Shown: one piece after another, positions 27,401-35,684 of the stretch
Position numbering within the stretch: position 1 is the stretch's first letter
How the letters are laid out: each line of letters opens with the position of its first letter
Source of the DNA: Nitrososphaerota archaeon
Lineage (GTDB): Archaea > Thermoproteota > EX4484-205 > JAAOZP01
Reading direction: 5' to 3'
Assembly (NCBI GenBank): GCA_011605725.1
Contig: JAAOZP010000017.1
Coordinates: 288,001-352,000 of the forward strand
DNA: 64,000 bases
Notes under the pieces: model-generated
Seen by the model: the letters and a program-made list of their open reading frames with translations, nothing else
Database searches by the model: none
Told to the model about the DNA's origin: nothing
Program-made: the position numbers and the translations under genes

Positions 27401-29900
27401 CGCTATTCTTAAGTTTAAATTCAACCTTCTGACTCAGATCCCCGTATTTTCTCCAGACGTCGTACCGGATTGATTTTTCCTTTAACCAACTTTCCCAGAT
27501 TCCCCTATCCTTAATTCCAAACTCCTTGTAAAACGGTACGAGGCTCTGCTCTTCCAAAATGATTCTCTCTCTGACTCTTTTCAAAGTATGCGTAGGGTTT
27601 ATCTTAACAAAAACATTCTTTTGAAGACGGGGAAGCTCGTCAATGATTTCCACCAAGTCTATTTCCTCCTTCCTACCTTGATTTTCCAACGACCTTAAGG
27701 CAATGAAGTGGTTTTCTTCGTTCAGATGACGATAATCGTCAGCTATCTTAACATCCTCAGCCGATTTCGGCACTGGATTAAATTCACCGTTAAATCTTGA
27801 GAAGCTGAATAGAGAATGGGCTTTTGAAACCCTTGCCTCGCCACGGTTAGTTCTGATTCTTACGAACTCAGAGTTCTTAGGAACCCTATGCCTTACGAAT
27901 GCTTTAACCCTTGTCCAAACAGCTTTCCCATCTGGATTAAAAGATAAAACTTGGTAATCATCATGGTTCTCCAAGGCATAGCTCTGAGGATGCTTCTCAA
28001 TCACCCTGTAGGGATATTTTTCGAATTCACGGTCAACCAGCCTACCGATCTCAACAACTTTAACCTTCCCCCTCTCCTTAATAACTATTGGCTCATCCCA
28101 GCATAGGCTTTGGAAGCCGACCCTGGTTGGAATGTTCATGTTGAACATGAATTCTTGAAGAGCCTGCTTCACCGACTTGTAGTCGAGCCCGTCGTGTCTT
28201 ATGAAGGGTGCGAGGTAGGTGTCGAAGTTTGAGAAAGCCTGGGCTCCAGCAGCCTCCCCCTGTAGGGTGAACACGAAGTTCACAACATGGCCTAGAGCTA
28301 CTCGGAAATGTTTTGCAGGCTTTGCTGAAACCTTGCCCCTGACTCCTCTAAAACCAGTCATTAAAAGGTCTCTTAAATCCCAGCCTACGCAGTTGCCGGA
28401 TACGACAACTCTACCATTTCTTTCCACGAGTAGAGTCCCATTAGGCACAGTTAGATCGTAAACCTTCCCTTTATATTGAACCAGCTTAGGGTGTTTATTG
28501 AAGATCGGAGTGAGCTGCTTTGTTTGTACTGAAACTATGAATCTCTCGCCATCCCATCTGAGGGTCCCGCTCTTTCCGATTTTTAAAAGACATTCCAACA
28601 CATCTTCAGCGAGTTTTTTCGATCTTGTGGAGAATCTCCTTAATTTCCCATTTTCTATAGTCCCATCCCCCTTAAAGAGGGCAGAGAGAAATATCTCAAT
28701 TTTCTCAGGATCTAAATCCTTAATAAACCGAGGAACAAACTTCTCATCCGATTTTCCGAACTGTTTTAAATAGAAGTAGAGCTCCTTTGAGCAAAACTGA
28801 ATGTGGTCCTTCTCGCTTAAGTTTGGAGAAAACCCTAACCTCTTAATCAGAGAGGCTATCTCCCTTCTGTTTTTCTTATTCCTTTGGCCTATGGAGATTA
28901 TGTAGTCGGGCGAGTTCCTGTCTTTCCTGTCGTGTCTCCAAGCGTTCCCCTCCGCTAGGTACCACCCCATGAACTTGAGAAAAACTTCCATCGGAATCCT
29001 CTTTATGTGTCTTAGCCTATTTCCACCCTTTACCACAGGAATTTGAAAGAATTTAGAATTTCCGCCTCTCCATTTTACCTGTTTAAGAAATTCTGACCTC
29101 CTCTTAAAATTAGTTGGGTTTATGAATTTCCATTTCTTATCTCCTCTTTCTCTGACTAACAACCTGTGTTCAGGCGTTACTCTGAGGCTTAACGACCTGC
29201 TCTCGAAGCAGAATAAAGGACCGGAGTACTCAAATACCTGTTTATCTATGGGATGCTGGTACTCCAAATAACCAGTTTTCAGGTTAACCGTAGCGACCTC
29301 GTCTTGAAGTGTTACGTCTTTAAAGAACTTAAAGCCCTCTTTTGTTAAAACTCTAGTTTGATCGTCAAAGCAGTACGGCCCAAGTATCCCGAGGTTGTGA
29401 ATATGGAAGTCGCCGTTCAAATGGGCTTCCCTTATCTCTGTCCTACCCTTGTTGAAAATCCTGTGAAGCCAGTATTGAGAGATGACTTGAGAAGAAATGT
29501 GGAAGTTTAAAGCCTGCAGCGAGTATGTCGTGTTAGCGTTCTCCTTAACCAGCCAGCTCTTGTTCTCGAGATAGCTGTCGACGAACTCCCTTATCTGAGC
29601 GTGAAGCGCCCTGTAAAGAATGTATGCTTTAGCAACATTGTAGAGATTATTCTCTACGAGTATTTTTTCAACTAGGTCCTGAACCTGCTCAACGTGAGGG
29701 ATTTCGCCGGGCTTCAGCTGTTTCCCTAAGCGTTCAACAACCTGGTTTGAAAGCCTCTCCGCCAGAGCCCTGTCCTGTCCGCCGACGGACTTTATAGCCT
29801 TCCATATCGCTTCAGTAATCTTCTGCCGGTCAAACTCTACTACTCTACCATCCCTCTTAATTATTTTGCTTGGAATGCTGTCTGAATCAATCAGTGACAC
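21420..29900 (-). CDS. nrdD: Anaerobic (class III) ribonucleoside-triphosphate reductase with ATP-cone and five inteins
   Basis: ATP-cone IIKRDGR; exteins GDFHIH..GPYC, GAQAFSNFDT, FPIPT, SMCC, GSIGVVTINMPR, NLEATPAEG, YYTNS, YTGGT, Zn ribbon, glycyl-radical loop RVVGYL; 713-aa extein after removing inteins. Confidence 0.97.
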   Translation of the reverse strand: MSLIDSDSIPSKIIKRDGRVVEFDRQKITEAIWKAIKSVGGQDRALAERLSNQVVERLGKQLKPGEIPHVEQVQDLVEKILVENNLYNVAKAYILYRALHAQIREFVDSYLENKSWLVKENANTTYSLQALNFHISSQVISQYWLHRIFNKGRTEIREAHLNGDFHIHNLGILGPYCFDDQTRVLTKEGFKFFKDVTLQDEVATVNLKTGYLEYQHPIDKQVFEYSGPLFCFESRSLSLRVTPEHRLLVRERGDKKWKFINPTNFKRRSEFLKQVKWRGGNSKFFQIPVVKGGNRLRHIKRIPMEVFLKFMGWYLAEGNAWRHDRKDRNSPDYIISIGQRNKKNRREIASLIKRLGFSPNLSEKDHIQFCSKELYFYLKQFGKSDEKFVPRFIKDLDPEKIEIFLSALFKGDGTIENGKLRRFSTRSKKLAEDVLECLLKIGKSGTLRWDGERFIVSVQTKQLTPIFNKHPKLVQYKGKVYDLTVPNGTLLVERNGRVVVSGNCVGWDLRDLLMTGFRGVRGKVSAKPAKHFRVALGHVVNFVFTLQGEAAGAQAFSNFDTYLAPFIRHDGLDYKSVKQALQEFMFNMNIPTRVGFQSLCWDEPIVIKERGKVKVVEIGRLVDREFEKYPYRVIEKHPQSYALENHDDYQVLSFNPDGKAVWTRVKAFVRHRVPKNSEFVRIRTNRGEARVSKAHSLFSFSRFNGEFNPVPKSAEDVKIADDYRHLNEENHFIALRSLENQGRKEEIDLVEIIDELPRLQKNVFVKINPTHTLKRVRERIILEEQSLVPFYKEFGIKDRGIWESWLKEKSIRYDVWRKYGDLSQKVEFKLKNSDVWYPRFLNGKLLENFVKLCAWYISEGHTAISTPLYVSQPPSKNARDIIKLLRALNALGQVARGKGYSRNGRKTKTVLEITGRGLLAEVVSRTCGYLSFNKVVPWFIFNLSPKYQKIFIKTLLKGDGSEYSKYWDYLTTSRKLSTSLSLLLSQNNFRFAVYTEKLNRNNKNWRDRFVIRIFKENSKPKKTYFVNDFEARICLGVEKFNYDKEYEYDISVDLPQENFIGGAGLLVFHNTPFSNVTLDLKVPGFMRDEPVIIGGEVLDATYGEFQEEMNIFNRALAEVMLEGDAVGRVFSVDGECLCPIKNSGRMKLVKIGEYIDEWMEKGKPLYIKENNCEVLDVRAQDIKALGLKDGKIDWCKVNFLVRHPTESLLKIFTGGGFNIKVTPSHSVMVLKEGKLQSFKASMLQKGDYLIMPKFMPLEERKPQVISLANEFAKNGVRGVYIRDVYKGGKLYRETRKAVQRRKYGKRIYEYSYDVPVFPLENIAYLSEFDLSKAKLSLRGSSIKLRNLLPLTKELAEFLGYYCAEGSAEKGGISLGFNLKEEREKAIRVAQLVRRIFRGVPVCLREVKDRNLIEVRVHSKLLRMVITEIFKVGTGTGRRVPQIIFEAPQEIKKSFLLAYFEGDAWLTENIVVNSVSRELIYGISVLLKQLGVFHTLTEYYRDGKPTWRITVWRDRKLHPKDSYSISKIPIKESGLEMVFEKILEKEPYYFDSLGRKYRNTKIRISKKFGISHSNSTSLQKVKNVIEYAKRLKIEIPPALKEVEKNNILFLKIKKIEKATPSNGMVYDFSTESENFVADQLLVHNTFPIPTINITRDFEWNDETTRTVLETSAKYGIPYFANFINSDMNPEDVRSMCLHPDEELLIRNSGSVRRETIGQVVEKYAGEFKNDGWADPVKEVEVLSLNPETWKTEWVKVKRFLKVTDNKMIKIVTEDGKTIRVSRNHLIPVVTINGIVNKLAKDVKPGDIVLTLKSSCHALATNYEKIGSFVLDEKLAELLGFFTADGNYLFENRKNLKTYRLPKGLQFTFGNNNPLLRKKVKKLIKDVLKCSVREKEDTRYDTRYFYVYSTDIARAFYNAGFKKYGRLPQVIFNSPPTVIKAFLKYFFLGDGYERNKEIHLNDRELARDLAILFTILGIPVCYKEKRKSQRIYIQHKKSKINSIGNQATPTLFERVPGRMAKSTYAVPGLNKSRMVGVETLSRYDAHTKESKKFINGDIMFVRVKKCELIELEKEQEFFDVELERNHLFIHSLGNITHNCCHLRLDKRELKKRGGGLFGANPLTGCYDEETEILTTKGWKKFKDLTLEDEIFTRKQDGTIEIHKPIRIFEYDWDGEMIRFKHKSLDLLVTPNHRMFVEYRDGKVWRNKFVEAKDFNPNSHRIPKQGVWNGNEEEYFVLPSVEILSGTGPVSRFSKEELEAIRKLKTEGVSIYQIAENFDCDPVTVYNICTKEKYGNEERTRVRYETQPLKIKMDDWLKFFGIWLTEGSVDNENIAAEHGYRIFITQVNRKKRKEIKELLDRLPFNYREEARSFVICNKQLWNYLRQFGNKYEKYIPQEIKNLSARQLKILFDWMVKGNGHIRKTTGQTTYWTSSDRLAADMQEIILKIGMISSIRKSKKRAKIKGRIINTEKCWTIGVQKSKYYRLRKRNISKVYYKGKVYCVEVPNHVIMVRRNGKSCWCGNSIGVVTINMPRIGFLSKSEGEFFARLDRMMVLAKDVLEIKRKWLEKFTEAGLYPYSRFYLRHIKEAFGQYWKNHFSTIGLIGMNEACLNFLGCSIGDPEGLSFTIKVLDYMRKRLQDFQEETGSIYNLEATPAEGTSHRLARIDKKTYPSIIVANEEEVKKGAAPYYTNSTHLPVYYTDDLWEYLRLQDPLQTKYTGGTVAHVWLGESNPPVESVASLVRKICENFKLPYFTLTPTFSICPEDGYLSGEQHTCPKCGRTTEVYSRVVGYLRPVEQWNQGKQEEFKQRKVFDKALVRKLSVSIASDA
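22341..23534 (-). mobile_element. nrdD intein 5 (398 aa, LAGLIDADG, HTH insert)
   Basis: LTG|CYDEETEILT...VTPNH...GIWLTEG...MVKGNG...VYCVEVPNH...CGN|S. Confidence 0.92.
23613..24818 (-). mobile_element. nrdD intein 4 (402 aa, LAGLIDADG)
   Basis: RSM|CLHPDE...SRNH...GFFTADG...FFLGDG...FFDVEL...THN|C. Confidence 0.92.
24972..26510 (-). mobile_element. nrdD intein 3 (513 aa, LAGLIDADG)
   Basis: RVF|SVDGEC...VTPSHS...GYYCAEG...YFEGDA...VYDFST...VHN|T. Confidence 0.92.
26691..28109 (-). mobile_element. nrdD intein 2 (473 aa, LAGLIDADG)
   Basis: GFQ|SLCWDEPI...SKAHS...WYISEG...LLKGDG...YEYDISV...FHN|T. Confidence 0.92.
28392..29372 (-). mobile_element. nrdD intein 1 (327 aa, LAGLIDADG)
   Basis: GPY|CFDDQTRVLT...VTPEH...GWYLAEG...LFKGDG...VYDLTV...SGN|C. 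Confidence 0.92.
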
Positions 29901-30182
29901 TCATGATTCACCTCCAGTAAGACGGTGAAGAACAGGATGAACGCCGAAACTAAACTTTGCCGAGCATCCTGCAACTTTTTCTTTCCTAACCTCAACAGTA
30001 AGCATGCTTCGACTCTCAAAATATAAATTTTCTCTGAAAATTTTTTGATATTGAAAATCCGTTTTCAACAAGGGAAAAAACAGGCTAATCGCTTCCAAAC
30101 GTGTGGACTGAGTAAAACGAAGGCGTTTTAAGAAAAAGGGTAAAGTTTATCCATCTCTCTTCAGCCAAATTACGGAAGAAAC

Positions 30183-31004
30183 GTGAACATGGCGACGGTA
30201 ACACTCATTCTACTCTACGTGGCGACAGGTTTACTGGCACTCTTACTGGCGCCGCTGTATGTTGCTAACCAGCTAACCCTGTTTGAAAACCCGGAGAATC
30301 CGGCTAACATCCTGTATTTAATGTTCTCCATAATCGCGGTTTTCATCATAGTCCTGATCATCGTCAGACTGCGCTTAGAAACATTGTTTAAAGGGCTTTT
30401 CTACTTCAGTGCGATCACGGTTCTAACGATAACGATAAGCATTATTCTCCCGGATTCGCTGCTCTGGCTGACTGTATCACTCTTAGCATCCGTCTCAATA
30501 ATTATCATTCTTAACAAGTTCTACAAGTGGTATATTGCTGACGCAGTCGGCGTTTTCCTGAGCGCAAGCATAGCAGCCTGGTTCGGAGCATCCCTCTCAC
30601 CATCAGTCCTCACAATACTCCTATTGGTGATGGCTGTGTACGACTATTTCGCGGTAAAAACGGGAGGAATGATAAGCCTCGCCGAGAAAACTTTGAGGAT
30701 GAACCTGCCCACGATGGTGATGTCGCCGGTTAAAGAAGTACCTAGGGATTTTAAGAGTAGGGAGGGGGAGAGGAGAGGAGCATTCCTTGGACTGGGAGAC
30801 CTAGCGTTTCCAAACATGCTTACAGTATCAACCTTTCTGGAGACAGGAAGCCCTGTTGCGGCGATAATGGTTTTAAGCAGCAGTGTAGCAGGCCTAATAA
30901 TCGTGCTACACGCGGTTCGACGGTTCAAACAGCCTCAACCAGGATTACCATACATAGGTCTTGGAGCAGTCTTAGGCTGGATTATTACTAAAACCCTTGT
31001 TTAA
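30183..31004 (+). CDS. Presenilin-family intramembrane aspartyl protease (PSH)
   Basis: Multi-TM; AVYDYFAV, FLGLGD, PGLP motifs. Confidence 0.9.
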   Translation: MNMATVTLILLYVATGLLALLLAPLYVANQLTLFENPENPANILYLMFSIIAVFIIVLIIVRLRLETLFKGLFYFSAITVLTITISIILPDSLLWLTVSLLASVSIIIILNKFYKWYIADAVGVFLSASIAAWFGASLSPSVLTILLLVMAVYDYFAVKTGGMISLAEKTLRMNLPTMVMSPVKEVPRDFKSREGERRGAFLGLGDLAFPNMLTVSTFLETGSPVAAIMVLSSSVAGLIIVLHAVRRFKQPQPGLPYIGLGAVLGWIITKTLV

Positions 31005-31068
31005 ACAGCTAGCGCGCGAAGGAAGTATAGGTTCCAGAAGCGTTTTTTGCAAACGTGTTCCTGCAGAG

Positions 31069-31254
31069 TTATCTGGTGTCAACGGGCTCGAACAAGTCCC
31101 TGCTGGCCCCGCACATTGGGCAAACCCAGTCTTCCGGAAGGTTTTCGAAAGGAGTTCCAGGAGGGATTTTACTCTCAGGGTCTCCTAGCGTGGGGTCGTA
31201 GATGTACCCGCAGACGGTGCACCTATACTTTTTCAAAGGTTTTTCCTCAGGCAT
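31069..31254 (-). CDS. Rubredoxin
   Basis: [10 protein letters not shown]...[19 protein letters not shown]. Confidence 0.95.
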   Translation of the reverse strand: MPEEKPLKKYRCTVCGYIYDPTLGDPESKIPPGTPFENLPEDWVCPMCGASRDLFEPVDTR

Positions 31255-31478
31255 GATTACTCAACTATCAGAGTTTCTGATAATCTTATAAATCTTTAAC
31301 GTGAATCTTGCCATAGGATGATCCGGGTGTTTTCTTTGCTAATAAGTAGGCAGGCTGTGGAGGGATTAGGTTGCCGCGCTACTATGCTTAATTTTCGAGT
31401 CAAAAACCTGCAAACTTTGAAGTACAGCGTGAAACTAAGTGCGTGTTTTAAGGGTAGAGAAAAAGTTGCTTACTAAGG

Positions 31479-31715
31479 CTACTCTACGGGTTCAACAGTT
31501 ATGGCTTGAACCGGACACGTGTCCCTAGCGGACTGAGCGCAGTCGGCAACACTATCGTCGATAATGCCTTCTGAACCTCGGCTTGAAGACCTATACTTGG
31601 ATACAACTTGACTCCTGTTTTCCTCGTCGGGCTCGAAAACATCGGGACATGTGGAATAGCAGACTCCGCACGCTATGCAAGTATCCTTATCGACTTTAAC
31701 TCTGTACTTGGTCAT
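31479..31715 (-). CDS. Single-cluster ferredoxin
   Basis: CIACGVCYSTCP...CPVQAI. Confidence 0.92.
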   Translation of the reverse strand: MTKYRVKVDKDTCIACGVCYSTCPDVFEPDEENRSQVVSKYRSSSRGSEGIIDDSVADCAQSARDTCPVQAITVEPVE

Positions 31716-31869
31716 TGTTTCCTCCGCTCATCCGTAAAACACCCTTAATAAAAAGTTTTCTAAGAAGCTTGACGAGGCTGAGCGGCTGTTTTTAATAATG
31801 CTCGTGTTGCGAGGGTTTCTTCAGGATAAAATAAACGGTTAAAAGGTTCGGAAAAAGGCTCTACCTGGA

Positions 31870-32754
31870 TTGGGTAGGACAATACTGTTGACGAACGATG
31901 ACGGCGTGCATTCCCCGGCTTTCAAAGCATTTTGGAGAAGGCTTGTCGACCTTAAGCTCGGGGAGGTTGTCGCGGTTACTCCTGAGCATGAGATGAGCGC
32001 CGCAGGCAAGTCGATAACTCTTCACAAGCCTTTAAGAGTCAACAGGGTTTCAAGCAAGATTCATGGGGATAAGTATGGTTATGTTCACCTTGTCTCTGGA
32101 ACGCCTGCCGACGCTGTTGTAATCGCTTTCAACCTGATTCTCGCTGAGAAGCCGTGCATAACTGTGAGCGGGATAAACATGGGTGATAACATAACGCTTG
32201 ACAATCTTTTCACCAGTGGGACGATAGCTGCAGCGATACAATCCTTGTTAAGCGGTGTTCCCGCGATAGCTTTCAGCGTTGAAATACCGCCTAGCGTTGA
32301 ACGCAGAGAGCTTAAGGTGGGCAGCTTTCAGCATCACGGCGAGATTGCAGCCGAGATCACTAGGTTCATGGTTGAGAATCCTCTTTCAACCCCGCATGTT
32401 TTAAACGTGAACTTTCCTTTCCACATGGGCAGGGACACCGGCGTGGAGCTGACTTCTCTCGCCAAGATCAAGTTTGAAAACTATATTCTTGAGAGGAAGG
32501 ATCCGAGAGGCTTCCCATACTATTGGATAGGGAGCTCTGAGATAAACGTCGACAAGTCTCACGAGGGCACTGACCTCTACGCTTTGACTGTTCAGAAAGC
32601 AGTTTCAATATCCCCAATAAGCCTGGAGGTTAACACTCCAATTCTAATGAATCCCGAATCATTCTACGAGAGTGAGCACCTTGAGAAAGACAGGAGAACA
32701 CTTGAAAACTTGAGGAAAAAGGTTAGGGAAATACTGGTTTCGAAGACGCGTTAA
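31870..32754 (+). CDS. surE: 5'/3'-nucleotidase SurE
   Basis: ILLTNDDG, SGTPAD, SGIN.G.N, SGT.AAA, LNVNFP. Confidence 0.95.
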   Translation: MGRTILLTNDDGVHSPAFKAFWRRLVDLKLGEVVAVTPEHEMSAAGKSITLHKPLRVNRVSSKIHGDKYGYVHLVSGTPADAVVIAFNLILAEKPCITVSGINMGDNITLDNLFTSGTIAAAIQSLLSGVPAIAFSVEIPPSVERRELKVGSFQHHGEIAAEITRFMVENPLSTPHVLNVNFPFHMGRDTGVELTSLAKIKFENYILERKDPRGFPYYWIGSSEINVDKSHEGTDLYALTVQKAVSISPISLEVNTPILMNPESFYESEHLEKDRRTLENLRKKVREILVSKTR

Positions 32755-32812
32755 GCATGCTGCTTAAAAGCAAGGCTTATATTAAGAATCAGCATTAGTA
32801 GAAAGGGGAATA

Positions 32813-33306
32813 TTGATCGAGAGAGCAGTCTCTTCAGAGGTTCAGAAGACTTATGAGGAGTTAAGAAGCATTCTGCTTGAAAACAATTGCAGGATAATAG
32901 TGGAGGAGCCTTTGAAAAGCATTATTGTTGAGCACGGTTCTCCTTCCGTCTGTCGCCACGAGACACGTGGAAAAGAGTAAGCTTCCACCTTTTTCCCGAC
33001 CCTTCGGGAACTAGGATCATCGGCTCCTCATCAATAATCTTTCCAATACCAGTCAGCATCATTACCCAGCTAATAATCATGCTCCTAGTCTTCTTCACAA
33101 TCAGCATCCTAACACAACCAATAATCGCTTTCCTAAACTTCTCCTCAATCTGGTTTCTCACAACTGGGATCGGAACCGCGTCCTTCGTCGGGCTTATCTC
33201 AACCCTAGTAGTCTATGAAAACTATTATCGTCTCCACCGTAGAAGAAACTTGTTTTTAGAAGAGGTTTTCAGGCTACTCATGCAAAAAGCTGGGAAACTC
33301 AGGTAG
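32813..33306 (+). pseudogene. Frameshifted membrane-protein gene
   Basis: MIERAVSSEVQKTYEELRSILLENNCRIIVEEP...HGS appears to continue in another frame near 32945 as LSPRDTWKRVSFHLFP...2 TM... Confidence 0.55.
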
Positions 33307-34108
33307 GATCTTCAAGCAGGCTTACGACTTTACCGTAAGCCTCCTCAACGAGGTGGGCGAGCTTCTCAGCAGCCTCTTTAACAAGCCTATTGGCGGCGGC
33401 CTCATCTCTGTGGAAAGCATTAAAGTATATTTCTATTGAAGATTTCTCCTCCGAACCCTTAGGATGGGATTTTATATAAGTGTTAGGGTAAAGCTCCTTA
33501 ACCCTGCTGATGAGGGGCGCTAAAGCTGATTCCTTGACGCCGGTGACGCGGAGGGAGAGCTCGGCAATCCGGAACCCGGATTCCATTGAAACCTCTTTCG
33601 AGATCGACTCGTTGAATATTGCCTCCATCTCCCTCGGAACCCCGGGCAGCGCGTATATAACAGTGTTCCCGAAAAGAATCTTGGCGGCGGGAGCTGTTCC
33701 AACAGGGTTCGGCAGGGGCTCAGCCCCCTCAGGCATTTTAGCCATCTTTACCCTTGCTTCAGTCAGTTCTTCACCCATTTTCTCGTATTTTCCCCTAACC
33801 ATTTCAAGAGCCTCATGGTTCAGGATCAAGGGTTTTCCCAAGGCCTCCGCCAACCCTTCGAGAGTAATATCGTCGTAAGTAGGCCCTAGGCCGCCCGTCA
33901 TTAAGATGTACCTTGGTTTTCTCGAGAGGGCCTCGCCGACGCAGGAGGAGATTTCGCTCAAGTCGTCCCCCACAACCGTTATCCTCTTAACGGCGACCCC
34001 TAGCCTGGTTAGTCTTTCAGCAAGCCAAGAAGCATTGGTATTGACAACCTTGCCTATTAAAAGCTCGTTTCCAACGGATATTATTTCGCAAGTCAGCTGA
34101 GCCTCCAA
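33299..34108 (-). CDS. CinA-like molybdopterin-binding-domain protein
   Basis: VGNELLIG, NTNA, TGGLGPTYDDIT, NPVGTAP, LPGVPREM, YIKSHP. Confidence 0.9.
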   Translation of the reverse strand: MEAQLTCEIISVGNELLIGKVVNTNASWLAERLTRLGVAVKRITVVGDDLSEISSCVGEALSRKPRYILMTGGLGPTYDDITLEGLAEALGKPLILNHEALEMVRGKYEKMGEELTEARVKMAKMPEGAEPLPNPVGTAPAAKILFGNTVIYALPGVPREMEAIFNESISKEVSMESGFRIAELSLRVTGVKESALAPLISRVKELYPNTYIKSHPKGSEEKSSIEIYFNAFHRDEAAANRLVKEAAEKLAHLVEEAYGKVVSLLEDPT

Positions 34109-34150
34109 ACTGGTTAACCGCTTAACGCTGAGAGACTTAAATTTTTACTA

Positions 34151-34169
34151 GTGTCCCCGGCGGGGACGC
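34151..34169. terminator. GC-rich hairpin downstream of the small basic ORF
   Basis: GTCCCC-GGC-GGGGAC. Confidence 0.35.
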
Positions 34170-34228
34170 TGCCCTGTTTAACGCGTCTCGAAGAACACGT
34201 TGTCGCCTGCTACTGGTCCCTAAATGTT

Positions 34229-34357
34229 TCAGCGCGAGGTTTTCTGCCTGAAGGCGAGCGCAGCCTTTCTATACGGGCCCCTCCTCCGGAGCCTAGCCCT
34301 CCGCCTTGCCTCAACCCTCCTACGCAGCTTGTCTTCAAAACGCTCTTCCGAACTCAT
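34229..34357 (-). CDS. Small Arg-rich basic protein (42 aa), below ORF-track cutoff
   Basis: MSSEERFEDKLRRRVEARRRARLRRRGPYRKAALAFRQKTSR; fills the cinA-nth gap. Confidence 0.65.
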   Translation of the reverse strand: MSSEERFEDKLRRRVEARRRARLRRRGPYRKAALAFRQKTSR

Positions 34358-34372
34358 TGAACCTAATAGCGC

Positions 34373-35125
34373 ATGCTAGGAATAAAAGGTTTAAGCAGGG
34401 GTTTTGAAACTTTAAAGCCCGGGGAGGTTGTTCTGAAAACGTTGAGGAAAATAGATGGGGAAACTATTCTGAGGAAGCTGGGCGAGGCTGTAAGGCTCGA
34501 CGAGGAGAGCTTCCCATCCTTGACTAGCAGGAGCGTCTTCGAAATGCTTGTCGCCACGGTTCTCTCCCAGAACACTAGTGATAGAAACACGGCGAGAACG
34601 GTCAGGAGGCTTAGGGAGAAAATTGGCATAACGCCTGAGAGCATTTCTAAAGCTGGTCTGCGCGAGTTGAAGACTGCAATAAGGTCGTCAGGCCTCTACA
34701 ATGTTAAGGCCAGAGTGTTGAAGAAGCTTGCCAGAATCGTGGTTGAGAATTACGGCGGTAATATTGAGAAGATTTTGGAGAAGCCTGTCGACGAGGCGAG
34801 GAGGGAGCTTATGAGCCTCCCCGGCGTCGGCCCTAAGACCGCTGACGTAATACTCCTCTTCGCAGGCGGTAAGCATGCTTTTCCCATAGATACTCACATC
34901 TTCCGTGTAGGGCGTAGGCTTGGGTTGATAGGGTTGAGAGACAGTTATGACGATGCCCGTAGAAAACTCATGAAAGCATTTCCGGCTGACTCCTACTTGA
35001 AGGCTCACCTTCTACTCATAGAGCATGGGAGGAGAGTCTGCAAAGCTAGGAGGCCCTTATGCAGTAACTGTGTTCTTCTGGAATACTGCTCCTTCGGACA
35101 GGATTTTTTGAAAAGAGAAGCATGA
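34373..35125 (+). CDS. nth: Endonuclease III (true start probably somewhat downstream)
   Basis: LSQNT, LPGVGPKTAD HhH, PIDTH, CKARRPLCSNCVLLEYC Fe-S motif. Confidence 0.93.
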   Translation: MLGIKGLSRGFETLKPGEVVLKTLRKIDGETILRKLGEAVRLDEESFPSLTSRSVFEMLVATVLSQNTSDRNTARTVRRLREKIGITPESISKAGLRELKTAIRSSGLYNVKARVLKKLARIVVENYGGNIEKILEKPVDEARRELMSLPGVGPKTADVILLFAGGKHAFPIDTHIFRVGRRLGLIGLRDSYDDARRKLMKAFPADSYLKAHLLLIEHGRRVCKARRPLCSNCVLLEYCSFGQDFLKREA

Positions 35126-35145
35126 AAACAAGCTTAATTTATTTT

Positions 35146-35628
35146 TCACTTTCCTGAACGCATATTGCAATCCGGTATCACGTACAGGTATATCTTGTGC
35201 CAAGAGAGTTCAACAACTTTTTGAGGAACCCATCCTTTGAAGGTGAACTCGTGGCTGACAATCCTCGTCCCAGGCTTAAGCTCAGCCTCAAGCTTAGGCT
35301 TAATCTTCTCATTAGCAGTCGTTGTCAGGAAAAGAGTTAGCACAGTGGCTTCAGAAAGGTCGGCTTTCAACAGGTCCTCGTTGTACACTATTATCCTTTT
35401 AGACAACCCTTCTCTTTCGATCGTTTTTACAAGCTCCTCGTAGAGATCTTTCCTTATCTCGTATCCTACAGCCTTTCTCGCGCCGAACTTCTTAACAGCC
35501 GCAATAAGCATCCTGCCGTCTCCGCAGCCAAGGTCGTAAACAACGTCGCTGGGAGTTACACAGGCTAACTCAAGCATCTTTTCCACGACCTCGGGCGGTG
35601 AAGGCACGTATGGAACCGTTATCGCCAT
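35146..35628 (-). CDS. Class I SAM-dependent methyltransferase
   Basis: VPYVPSP, VYDLGCGDGR, LKPGTRIVSHEF. Confidence 0.9.
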   Translation of the reverse strand: MAITVPYVPSPPEVVEKMLELACVTPSDVVYDLGCGDGRMLIAAVKKFGARKAVGYEIRKDLYEELVKTIEREGLSKRIIVYNEDLLKADLSEATVLTLFLTTTANEKIKPKLEAELKPGTRIVSHEFTFKGWVPQKVVELSWHKIYLYVIPDCNMRSGK

Positions 35629-35684
35629 GTTTTCAAAAAGCTTCTCGGAGAAAGAGATAAACTTATCGCTCGGCATTTAAAATC

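Noticed and set aside
29901-30098. 65-aa ORF upstream of nrdD
   Set aside because: Spans the promoter/SD region and has no protein-like features
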